Positions 29,127 through 37,697 of a stretch of DNA of 64,000 nt are shown piece by piece. A program made the position numbers and the translations under genes. Every line of letters begins with the position of its first letter. Position 1 is the stretch's first letter. The stretch comes from a virus. Its lineage: Duplodnaviria > Caudoviricetes. The notes under the pieces were generated by a model that made no database searches, was not told where the DNA came from, and saw only the letters and a list, made by a program, of their open reading frames with translations. The stretch covers positions 96,001 to 160,000 of the IMG/VR virus record IMGVR_UViG_3300014697_000001, one strand, 5' to 3'.

Positions 29127-29572
29127 ACGTCACCTGCATTGTTGATTTGTTCAAGTCCTTGCTCGGTACATTCCAGGTAGAAATACCTGACCGTCTGAGG
29201 CGACCAGCCGGTCTCGAGCCAATTTGGCAGGGTGTTCACCGCTGCCAGAATTTTTTCATAGGTGTCAGGGTCTTGACTGTAAGGTACAAAGTACTGGTCA
29301 TGACCCATAAACAGGTCGGGATCGTCCAGGCTTTCTTGAATATCGAACCCATAGACTTCGTGCAACTTGGTGGCATAGATCACTGCCACGGCATAGCTCT
29401 TGGCTGGATAGATCAACGGGAATGTAGCACTGGTATAGTAATGCAGGGCATTGTTGACCAGTTCGGGATGTTCGATGATTTCCATTTTGGCAAAATCATC
29501 ACTGTGGTCTAGGACAAGTTCATGATAGAGACGTTGGTATTCTTTATAGATAGAACGATCAGTCATCACCAC
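29123..29572 (-). CDS. hypothetical protein in modification cluster
   Basis: 149 aa, overlaps both neighbours. Confidence 0.7.
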   Translation of the reverse strand: MVMTDRSIYKEYQRLYHELVLDHSDDFAKMEIIEHPELVNNALHYYTSATFPLIYPAKSYAVAVIYATKLHEVYGFDIQESLDDPDLFMGHDQYFVPYSQDPDTYEKILAAVNTLPNWLETGWSPQTVRYFYLECTEQGLEQINNAGDV

Positions 29573-30614
29573 GCACCGGATTCGTAGAAGGGTTGAGGTC
29601 CCAGCGGTTTTTCATATCCAACAGACATTCATCATGACCGATATGATGCATGATGAGTTGGACATCGCCACGGGCACAGTGATCCATGAAACAACAATCG
29701 CCACACGCAGGATGGTTGCTGTAGTTCAGCAAGTTATTGTAGTACATTTCCGAGCGGTAGTCTATTACCGCCTCGGCTGTCCACGGACGAGGCACAATAA
29801 ACGCATCCGAAAACAGAGGAAACTTTTCCATGAGCACCGGGGTGTAATAGAGTTCGCCTCGATGATAAACCACCTCAACACTGTCCGAAACTGTAGGGAT
29901 CAGGTATCGGTTGTACCGCGTGTCTTTGCACTCATGGATACCTCTTGTAAATGCTGCGAAATCCCGTATAAATTCCTGACGAACCAGCAGATTATCGAGA
30001 CCTCGCCTGGAGTGAGGGAAGACATACTCCACCAGCTTTTCCATGCCGATGTCCAGTTCCTGAACCATTTGGTTGTTGGTCAGTGAGAACTCCTCGACGC
30101 TGGCATTGACCATGTTTATTGTCAGGTAGACCAGCTTGAACTGGGTCTCGTGCATGTGTTCATTCAGTATCTGAATCCGGCGCTTGATCATCGCCAGGTA
30201 TTTGGGATTGCCTGCATTTTTCAAGGTGGCTGGAACCACAAGGCGAAACTTCTTCCCCGCCATTAATCGGTCAACCTTCTTGGCAAACTCCACCAAGCCA
30301 GTATCAAATAACAATGCCAGTGACACGGTCAATGAGCTGTATCGTTCGGCCAGGTCTTTAACTAATGGGCTGTCTAGAATCGACAGCCCTGACTTGGACG
30401 AGACTACATCCGTAGGGCCTAACGTCAGCTCGTGCAAGCGATAACCGGCCTCTTTCATCTGGTCTGCTAGAATGATGAGACGCTCGTGATCACCGGGGCC
30501 GACAAAATCACTGGTAGCATTTTTATCGATAGCGCAATCGGCGCAGGAATATCCACAACCCTTTAAAATCTCAAGCGTAATGTTAAACGCCAGATCACTT
30601 TGATTGGACAGCAT
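29559..30614 (-). CDS. divergent radical SAM-like protein
   Basis: CGYSCADC; C-terminal CGDCCFMDHC...C; GPTD in place of GGE. Confidence 0.7.
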   Translation of the reverse strand: MLSNQSDLAFNITLEILKGCGYSCADCAIDKNATSDFVGPGDHERLIILADQMKEAGYRLHELTLGPTDVVSSKSGLSILDSPLVKDLAERYSSLTVSLALLFDTGLVEFAKKVDRLMAGKKFRLVVPATLKNAGNPKYLAMIKRRIQILNEHMHETQFKLVYLTINMVNASVEEFSLTNNQMVQELDIGMEKLVEYVFPHSRRGLDNLLVRQEFIRDFAAFTRGIHECKDTRYNRYLIPTVSDSVEVVYHRGELYYTPVLMEKFPLFSDAFIVPRPWTAEAVIDYRSEMYYNNLLNYSNHPACGDCCFMDHCARGDVQLIMHHIGHDECLLDMKNRWDLNPSTNPVRGDD

Positions 30615-31620
30615 ATTGCAGCCCCACTAAGCATTCTCGTATGGAGAGCATTTCCATGATGGTGGTGATCCCCTTTTCACTACAGCTGCTGAGGTACTCG
30701 CACGTTTCACAAGCAGTACCGGCGATATGCTTAAGTGAGCTCTCCAATGCCTTGCTACGGTGTGCTAGCAGGTTATCCATTGTCCAGGGACGCTTGATCA
30801 CGAACGCCTCGTTAAGGAAGGCATAGTCGTCTTTAAGGAAGGGTACCCAGTGAAGCTTTCCATCGGTATAAAGCAGGTTGACCATGGTGCCGGTGTCTAG
30901 GCACAGGTCAGGGTTCCGACGCCGTTCATCGACCCCGGTGAGCTCACTGTAAAATGAGCTGATTCGATGTGAGATGGCTTTAACCGATTCGCTGGTGGTC
31001 AGATCCAACCGCATCGACCGACCATAGGGAATGTTGAGAATATCGTCCTTGTCTACGGGAAATTCGACATCAAACCCCTTGAGCATCCGGTCTTCGAAAT
31101 CATCGGTCACGGTGTCTCTGGTACAGTTTATGACAAAACCCGCTTCGTTGAGGTAGGCTCTTTTCAGAGTATTTTTGATAAAGGTTAACTTACTGTCGAT
31201 CATTTTCCCAAACTTACCCGTCTTAAAGAAATCAGGGGCGGCCGGGATCAAAAAACGTATTGCCTTACCGGGAAATGCATCATCGATTTCTCGACACATC
31301 TTGGCGTAATTGTCAAGGTTCTTATCGAGAAAGGCAGCATTGATGGTCACCTGTTCAAACATCTGGCCCAGTTCTTTGACGATCGGGTTTTGGAAGACTT
31401 CCAGGCTGTTGTCTGCAGACATGTAATCTGTCGGACCCATGCCAAGGTCAAACGCTACATACCCGGCACTGCGCATCTCATTGATCAGCGCCAGTAACTC
31501 GGGCAGGTCGTAGATATCGCCTCCCAGGGTACGGTCTATCATACACCCAGAACACGAGTGCGCACAGCCTTTAAAAATGTCAAGCGTGATTTCCAGACGC
31601 TGCCTATGGGGTACTTTCAT
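30595..31620 (-). CDS. divergent radical SAM-like protein
   Basis: CAHSCSGC; C-terminal CETCEYLSSC...C; GPTD in place of GGE. Confidence 0.7.
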   Translation of the reverse strand: MKVPHRQRLEITLDIFKGCAHSCSGCMIDRTLGGDIYDLPELLALINEMRSAGYVAFDLGMGPTDYMSADNSLEVFQNPIVKELGQMFEQVTINAAFLDKNLDNYAKMCREIDDAFPGKAIRFLIPAAPDFFKTGKFGKMIDSKLTFIKNTLKRAYLNEAGFVINCTRDTVTDDFEDRMLKGFDVEFPVDKDDILNIPYGRSMRLDLTTSESVKAISHRISSFYSELTGVDERRRNPDLCLDTGTMVNLLYTDGKLHWVPFLKDDYAFLNEAFVIKRPWTMDNLLAHRSKALESSLKHIAGTACETCEYLSSCSEKGITTIMEMLSIRECLVGLQYAVQSK

Positions 31621-32557
31621 GTGCTTCCCACCGCTTTAATAGATTATAGAATCCGTTGCACGAGTCCTCGAGGGACTTGACAGGACGTAGATGCTCAGAC
31701 AGGCATCCGCCTTTGTACTCACACGCATTGCAGAATTTATTCTTTTCAACCCGTTTACGTTCGCCTTCACACCATCGATGATAGTCGGCCATGTCCTTGA
31801 TCGGTAGGAAAAACTCTCGATCATTGAGGTCAAATTCCAATACTGCGAATGTCCCCTCTGGAGTTACGTAAAGGTGGTCGTCACTGTAGGAGTGGCCATA
31901 ACCGTCCACTGCCCGAATGATCTGTTGCTGATTCTCGATGTGAAACTTACGCTGGGGATGATGAATCAATGCCCATACCAGGTTTTCGTACTCGCTGAAT
32001 GAGACAGTCTGTTGGTTGGCCTGATTCTCGCTGTAAGGTTTTATTTCTACAGATTTGGCATTGGTCATGAGATTATACGTCATGACCATCTCATCAACCG
32101 AAACGGTATCTAGAAGTTCCCGACTGGCCAGGGTCAGCAGGTTGAACCATCGAGGTAATGAAAGGATATTGCTAAAGACCTGATCAGCCTTTTCACGTGC
32201 TGAAAAGTCATAAGAGACGCTGAGTTCATAATCCTCGTCTAGCACTATTTCGTTGACGGCTGTCAGGTTCGTGATCAACACGATATCGTCGATGCCGCGG
32301 CTATGCAGCACTGCTTTGACCTCAGCTAAATAGCTTGCAGGCAGTAAAGCAATTTCACCACCATAGAGGTCGATGTGAGTAATATGATACCCTTCGGCTA
32401 GAACCTCGTCGATGCGCTGCTCCAGTGCATCGATTGGCATTCTGGTCCGATCCGACAGTTTTTCAGGAGGCAGGTAACAGAAATTACATCTCAGGTTGCA
32501 ATAATAGCTGAGGTTGACACTTAAGGTAAATTCTTTACCGGCATGGGATATCGACAT
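31604..32557 (-). CDS. radical SAM protein with partial SPASM-like C-terminus
   Basis: CNLRCNFC, YGGE, CNACEYKGGCLSEH...C. Confidence 0.85.
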   Translation of the reverse strand: MSISHAGKEFTLSVNLSYYCNLRCNFCYLPPEKLSDRTRMPIDALEQRIDEVLAEGYHITHIDLYGGEIALLPASYLAEVKAVLHSRGIDDIVLITNLTAVNEIVLDEDYELSVSYDFSAREKADQVFSNILSLPRWFNLLTLASRELLDTVSVDEMVMTYNLMTNAKSVEIKPYSENQANQQTVSFSEYENLVWALIHHPQRKFHIENQQQIIRAVDGYGHSYSDDHLYVTPEGTFAVLEFDLNDREFFLPIKDMADYHRWCEGERKRVEKNKFCNACEYKGGCLSEHLRPVKSLEDSCNGFYNLLKRWEAHESTP

Positions 32558-32613
32558 GACTGACCTCTACAGTGTAGATGTCCTGGAACGTTGGTTCCAG
32601 GACATCATGACAT

Positions 32614-33750
32614 CTACCCCTTAAAGATAAGTGGCAGGGACTCATCTTCATAGGGCGTGGGCTCAAGAAAGTCCTCCATGCCATTTAGGCGGATTATCTC
32701 TGGAGCAAGTTCTTTCATGGTCCTGCAGTGGTGCTCTGTCAGACCTAGGCGCTTGGTGTCCCTCACCGTTTTTCGACACCCGTTACAGATCTGAAACATC
32801 GGGCAGGCATAACACGCATCTTTCATGGCCTGAATATCGGGGGCGTTCTGAAGAGGGGTGAAAAACTCACCTGCCATCTCACGCTCAAAATCGATCGGAT
32901 ACTCTCCATCGTCCCCAAACGCACCGCACGAGTAATAGCTATTGCCGGGCTGCAGGCTCCGGATACCCTCATCACAGCTACGGTTCAGCGGACATACGGT
33001 GTTCTGTATCCGCAGTCGACGCATCATTGAGGTGGTGTTGTGTTCCCATTCGGCCAGACCAGCCTTTGCGATCTCAACGTAGTGCCGGTAGATATCGGCC
33101 TGAGTAAACATGGAGTTTGCATTACCGATGGTCACTCCTTTAAAGACCACCGGCTCACCCGAGGCTACTGCATGGTTGATCTTGGCGACTACACCCATCT
33201 TCTTGGCCAATTCTACTGTCTTTAAGATGGTGTCTTCGTTAGACTTGTCGATGACCGCAATAAAGCTTGGTCGATACCCGACAAGTTCAAGCATGAGGTC
33301 TGAACATGCCCAGAATTCTTCTTCGCTAAAGGGTGTAAGATCACCTTTCAATCGGGCATCGCCGTATTGGAACGAAGTCCCGACACCCATTCTCTCGTGC
33401 CTGAAAAGATCAACCCACATCTCAGGTTTCTTGTAAAATGCCCAGAGGTTGGTGGTAAACGAGATGCGCGCCGGACAGTTATGTTTATCAAGGATCTTGA
33501 TCATGTCCCAGTAGTACTGGGGTTTCATCATCAAGGGATCGCCCCCGTTGACAATTACTGTCCGGGTGTCTGGGAACCTTACGATAAACCGTTCAAAGTC
33601 TTCTAGCTCGACAATCGCATTGTCGTCCTCAGAAATATGGGTACTTGAACAAAACGTGCATTTAAAGTTGCAACGTACGGTGGGCTTGATGATGAGATCT
33701 ATTTTATAATCCTCCTGCCACGTCACCTTATCGCCGGTGACAATGGACAC
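32614..33750 (-). CDS. radical SAM/SPASM protein
   Basis: IIKPTVRCNFKCTFC, NGGDP, C..C...YSC, CYACPMFQICNGC...C. Confidence 0.9.
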   Translation of the reverse strand: MSIVTGDKVTWQEDYKIDLIIKPTVRCNFKCTFCSSTHISEDDNAIVELEDFERFIVRFPDTRTVIVNGGDPLMMKPQYYWDMIKILDKHNCPARISFTTNLWAFYKKPEMWVDLFRHERMGVGTSFQYGDARLKGDLTPFSEEEFWACSDLMLELVGYRPSFIAVIDKSNEDTILKTVELAKKMGVVAKINHAVASGEPVVFKGVTIGNANSMFTQADIYRHYVEIAKAGLAEWEHNTTSMMRRLRIQNTVCPLNRSCDEGIRSLQPGNSYYSCGAFGDDGEYPIDFEREMAGEFFTPLQNAPDIQAMKDACYACPMFQICNGCRKTVRDTKRLGLTEHHCRTMKELAPEIIRLNGMEDFLEPTPYEDESLPLIFKG

Positions 33751-33756
33751 GCAAAG

Positions 33757-33930
33757 TTAGTGCGCCGGTTTGGGGCGCTGTCTAAGATGGTTGACCATGT
33801 TGATGATGGTGTATCCATCGGTCACCAACTCCCTGGCAGGGTAATCGGTAGGTTCCATTCCGTTTTCTTCCATCCATTGGATGGCTTGGTTATATCCGTC
33901 TGCCGACAGAGGAAAATCCTTAATGTTCAT
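33757..33930 (-). CDS. small hypothetical protein
   Basis: 57 aa (MNIKDFP...) directly upstream of an rSAM gene. Confidence 0.5.
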   Translation of the reverse strand: MNIKDFPLSADGYNQAIQWMEENGMEPTDYPARELVTDGYTIINMVNHLRQRPKPAH

Positions 33931-34126
33931 GGGATGCTGTCTCGACGCCGTTACCGTCATTGTGATAAGGGGTGTCGTTAATCGGGATATGGCGCCGTAT
34001 CACCGAAATTAGAAAATACCCGCTAGCCTTAATTCATACAAACTGCCGGTGTTATAAAATAAAATAATCGAGACAGCATATTCTTCATTCCCATGTGGAA
34101 CCTATAGTTTACCGACACATGCACAA

Positions 34127-34154
34127 TAGGTCACGGGGAGTTCCCCGTGACCTA
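34127..34154 (-). terminator. hairpin dividing the cluster into two blocks
   Basis: TAGGTCACGGGGA-GT-TCCCCGTGACCTA. Confidence 0.7.
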
Positions 34155-34158
34155 GTCG

Positions 34159-35157
34159 TTATACGCCTATTGCCTTGAACATTTCCTTTATCTGACAGGT
34201 GGGGTTGCCATCGTCGATAAAGGTGTGGTGAAGAAAGCACCGCATTCCGCAGCGCGAATAGTACTCACATGAGAAGCAGTCGTATTTCTCAACGAACCGT
34301 ATCTCTGCATCATCCTTGGCTTTGAGTCCTTCACCTTCGTCCAGGATCGCATTCTTTCCTGCCTCTGACCAGCAGGTGCTGACAACCCCGTCCTTATTGA
34401 TGATCTTGGTTGATCGGCAGGTGGTCTCATTGAACGTGTTCCGTTTCCAATCCTTGATAGGGTAGGAATTGGGGTAACGCTCGTTGAGAACCAGATAAAG
34501 TTTCCCAATTAGTTCTTCATCCGGCTGGATGTATTCGTACATCTGGCTTGGAATATAGTGATCGAAATAAACATCGAATTGATCACACATCCACGTCACT
34601 TCACGCCCTTCCTCATTGTTGAGAAAGGCATTGATGTTTTGTTTAGTGATCACGACATTGACTGTTCTCACATACTCCTTGACCTTATCCAAGTTATGGA
34701 CAAACTTGGCCCGACCTATGCGATCGAAACGTCCGGCTGGATCGTAAGAGGTTGCAATCTGCGTACGGCCATGCACATTGAGACGCTCGACCAAATTAAC
34801 CAACCTATAGACCCGGTCGTAGACAAGGTTAGTCCCAAGAACCAGAATACAGTCATCGAAATGCTCAAATATCCGTTTACCGGCCTGATAATACCGTTCG
34901 AAGAATTCATCTGAGAATTCGTCTAGGAACAGTTCACCACCGGTCATATTCACTACATAGGGCTGACGCGGATCGGTATTGGCAATGAGTGTCTCTGTCT
35001 TTTCCTGGATGGTGTCGAATCCAACTTTAGAGTCATGATCCTGATGACAGAATGAACACCTGAGGTTACAGTATTCGAAAAGGATCAAATGGGCTTCTTT
35101 CCAGTGCCCTTTTTTCTCTTTCAGTATATCGACCACCGGTATTAGGTGATCTACCAT
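34159..35157 (-). CDS. radical SAM protein with SPASM-like C-terminus
   Basis: CNLRCSFC, TGGE, CFSCEYYSRCGMRC...C. Confidence 0.85.
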   Translation of the reverse strand: MVDHLIPVVDILKEKKGHWKEAHLILFEYCNLRCSFCHQDHDSKVGFDTIQEKTETLIANTDPRQPYVVNMTGGELFLDEFSDEFFERYYQAGKRIFEHFDDCILVLGTNLVYDRVYRLVNLVERLNVHGRTQIATSYDPAGRFDRIGRAKFVHNLDKVKEYVRTVNVVITKQNINAFLNNEEGREVTWMCDQFDVYFDHYIPSQMYEYIQPDEELIGKLYLVLNERYPNSYPIKDWKRNTFNETTCRSTKIINKDGVVSTCWSEAGKNAILDEGEGLKAKDDAEIRFVEKYDCFSCEYYSRCGMRCFLHHTFIDDGNPTCQIKEMFKAIGV

Positions 35158-36215
35158 TCGCTACCCTCCATCAGTGCTCTGACCTGAGCGTCATCGAGCC
35201 GGATAACGTGGCGGATGAGGTTCTCGTTATACTTGGCGGAATCGACATGACCGAGCCTGAAATTATCCTTACCCCCATCGAACAAACGGCGAATGCGGGC
35301 GATCACATTTTCATAGACAGTCATGTCGGATGTGTCCAGAAACAGTTGACGAAGTCGGTCAGAACGAGCCGCTGACGGCAGGTCACCGCAATCGGTCAAC
35401 ACCAGTACGATCTTTTCAAGGAGATCGATATACCATTCATCTGGGTAGCGTTTCTTTTTGTTTTCCGGCGAACGAATGAACGGGTTGGCCAGTTCACCAA
35501 AGTTGACACAGGCCTCAAAGATGCTATTGCTCGCCAACAGCGATTCTTCTGTTGCACCTGAGATGTCCCAGCGAGTGGGGTCAGCAATGATCCGTCCCCA
35601 ATCATCCAGTGCATCCAGGCTGTTACTCATGGCGGTTCGGCGCATGATATTACCGATAGTGTCTGGGACAGTGCCTACTGACTGGGTTGACATCATCTTT
35701 ATAATGCGCCATTCCAGCGAGGTGTAGTCTGGGCGCGCTTTAATCAGTCGTCTGAGCGGAGCGACCAGTGGGTCGTCCTTATGTTCCCATAGCTCTTTGA
35801 CGATATCTGCATTGATTAAGATGGCCATTTCGTGACCGAATACCCGGTCATAGAACGTTACAGTCGAAGTGCTGTATGTGGCCTTGATGCAGATGAAGAA
35901 CGTCTTAAACGTACGGTAGTCGATCTTGGGAAACAGCGCAAACAGCAAGATTGCGTACATGCGAGTGTATGTCTTTGAGTCTGCAAAGACATACACTTTG
36001 TCATTGAATTCCATTGCCTTTAGAAGCAATGCGTAAAACTCAGACGGAGTAAAATCGTCAAGCGACATACCCCATCCGAGCTGAGTACCTAGACCAAGAC
36101 TTCCCGGAAAGTCGAGTCGTTGGTAGCCGCGATTTTCCGATATGTTTATCTGATGGTCGGAGGGTTTTGACTGAAACTCCGACTCCACATAAACGTCACC
36201 CAGCAAGTGGAACAT
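35151..36215 (-). CDS. hypothetical protein in modification cluster
   Basis: 354 aa; no motif recognised. Confidence 0.7.
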   Translation of the reverse strand: MFHLLGDVYVESEFQSKPSDHQINISENRGYQRLDFPGSLGLGTQLGWGMSLDDFTPSEFYALLLKAMEFNDKVYVFADSKTYTRMYAILLFALFPKIDYRTFKTFFICIKATYSTSTVTFYDRVFGHEMAILINADIVKELWEHKDDPLVAPLRRLIKARPDYTSLEWRIIKMMSTQSVGTVPDTIGNIMRRTAMSNSLDALDDWGRIIADPTRWDISGATEESLLASNSIFEACVNFGELANPFIRSPENKKKRYPDEWYIDLLEKIVLVLTDCGDLPSAARSDRLRQLFLDTSDMTVYENVIARIRRLFDGGKDNFRLGHVDSAKYNENLIRHVIRLDDAQVRALMEGSEW

Positions 36216-36218
36216 ATC

Positions 36219-36968
36219 TTAGTCCTCTTCGTGTGCCGCAGTGATCATGCGGTCCAGTTGTTCCTGGTCGAGACCATATCTGGCAACGGTTGCCATGTAT
36301 AGCGGGTTTTGAGGCACTGCAAAGTACGTGTACAGATTTTTACCTGAGAACACGTATTCGTTGAAATGGAACGGGCTATAGGTCATAGCTTCCAGAGGGA
36401 TGTCGTCGATCAACAGATGGAACAACGGATGCGCGATCAGATGAACATAGTTGATACCCGCCATGTTCTCATCGTCTGGAGTCACCGGCCACTTGTTAAA
36501 GAATTCCCGATCGACACTGGAGTCTGTAAAGAATGCATAGAGTCGCAGTGCGGCGATTCGACGCAACCAGACATTGATTATGTCGATGTTGGCTTCAATG
36601 AAGTCACTAGGATCAAAGCTCAGCAGACACGGGTGGTTGGTGTGATATAGCAAGATGTTGATCACCACATCCAGCAGATCATCGATCTTAGCCAGTGCCG
36701 GATGGTGCATGTATGCTACCACCAGCTCAAGCGACTCGTCCTGATTTTCCAACATCAAGCGACACTTAAGATCAAGGTTACTGAGGTAGGTGATCAGTAC
36801 TTTGTTCTTGAATTTACTGTTTTTATAATCGATTATAAATTCAATGTCTTCGGTGAACTTGCGCTTGAGATCGACAATCGGGATAGGTGCACATGTGGTC
36901 AGGTGTACTGTGGGTGCTGCCGGGACGGGGGTGTCAGAACTCTCGATGATGGCTACTTCAGTGGTCAT
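36219..36968 (-). CDS. hypothetical protein in modification cluster
   Basis: 249 aa, GGAG RBS, directly downstream of the repeat protein. Confidence 0.7.
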   Translation of the reverse strand: MTTEVAIIESSDTPVPAAPTVHLTTCAPIPIVDLKRKFTEDIEFIIDYKNSKFKNKVLITYLSNLDLKCRLMLENQDESLELVVAYMHHPALAKIDDLLDVVINILLYHTNHPCLLSFDPSDFIEANIDIINVWLRRIAALRLYAFFTDSSVDREFFNKWPVTPDDENMAGINYVHLIAHPLFHLLIDDIPLEAMTYSPFHFNEYVFSGKNLYTYFAVPQNPLYMATVARYGLDQEQLDRMITAAHEED

Positions 36969-36986
36969 GGTGTGCGCTCCAGGTGA

Positions 36987-37691
36987 TTAACGGCGGCCAC
37001 GGTTTGAATGGCAGTTCGAGTGGCAGCTCGAATGGCAGACAGGGACGTTCGAGTGACAGCTCGAATGGCAGCTCGAATGGCAGACAGGGACGTTCGAGTG
37101 ACAGCTCGAATGGCAGACAGGGACGTTCGAGTGACAGCTGGCATGGCAGCTGGCATGGCAGCTGGTGTGACAACTTGAATGACAGCTCGAATGGCAGTAT
37201 GTCGTTGTGAGTGTCTCAACCACCGGGTTTCCAGCTTTCGACCACCATTCTTGATAAAGCGCGTTACAGTAATTGACAAACCCTTGGCTGGTCGCATCAC
37301 TGCCGGACAGCAGTGGAGAGGCCGATTGGCCCGTCAGTCCCGCAGGTCCGGTTGCATAGTTGCCGATGGCGGTTGCATCGAATCGCGTTAGAAGGCTGCC
37401 ATTACTGTTGTAATAGACGATCATGCGCTTTTTACATGCCTTGGCAAATACCGACACGAACGCCTTAAGCGCGGTGTTGATTTTTTCCGCCGTAGCGTTT
37501 CCGTCGAACGCGGTTGTGGCGCTGGTGAGGCTTGGCATGTTTGGGGCTGCTTTGGTCCCTGCAAACCAACTCGCCGGGATGTATGCATTGGGGATGTTGT
37601 CGTTACCATAAACGATCTGGGACCTGATTTTGTCCCCAATCAGCAGGTTAACATCCGCTATTGCTTGGGTCTTACCCAAATTTGTAGCCAT
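36987..37691 (-). CDS. putative modification substrate with C-terminal (Cys-His-x-Ser/Asn)14 repeat
   Basis: 234 aa; residues 166-230 are CHSS/CHTS/CHAS/CHSNVPV/CHSN units, then RGRR. Confidence 0.8.
   Translation of the reverse strand: MATNLGKTQAIADVNLLIGDKIRSQIVYGNDNIPNAYIPASWFAGTKAAPNMPSLTSATTAFDGNATAEKINTALKAFVSVFAKACKKRMIVYYNSNGSLLTRFDATAIGNYATGPAGLTGQSASPLLSGSDATSQGFVNYCNALYQEWWSKAGNPVVETLTTTYCHSSCHSSCHTSCHASCHASCHSNVPVCHSSCHSNVPVCHSSCHSSCHSNVPVCHSSCHSNCHSNRGRR
37002..37196 (-). repeat. coding tandem repeat (12-bp and 33-bp units)
   Basis: perfect 33-mer GCTCGAATGGCAGACAGGGACGTTCGAGTGACA at 37026, 37071 and 37104. Confidence 0.95.
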
Positions 37692-37697
37692 ATCAAC

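Noticed and set aside
37002-37196. Possible CRISPR array
   Set aside because: The repeats are contiguous, in frame and lack unique spacers; no cas genes are present.
36958-37300. Alternative-frame repeat ORFs (LPFEL/CQLP, AIRA and SSNG repeats)
   Set aside because: By-products of the DNA tandem repeat; only the CHxS frame continues the long gene that fits the operon spacing.
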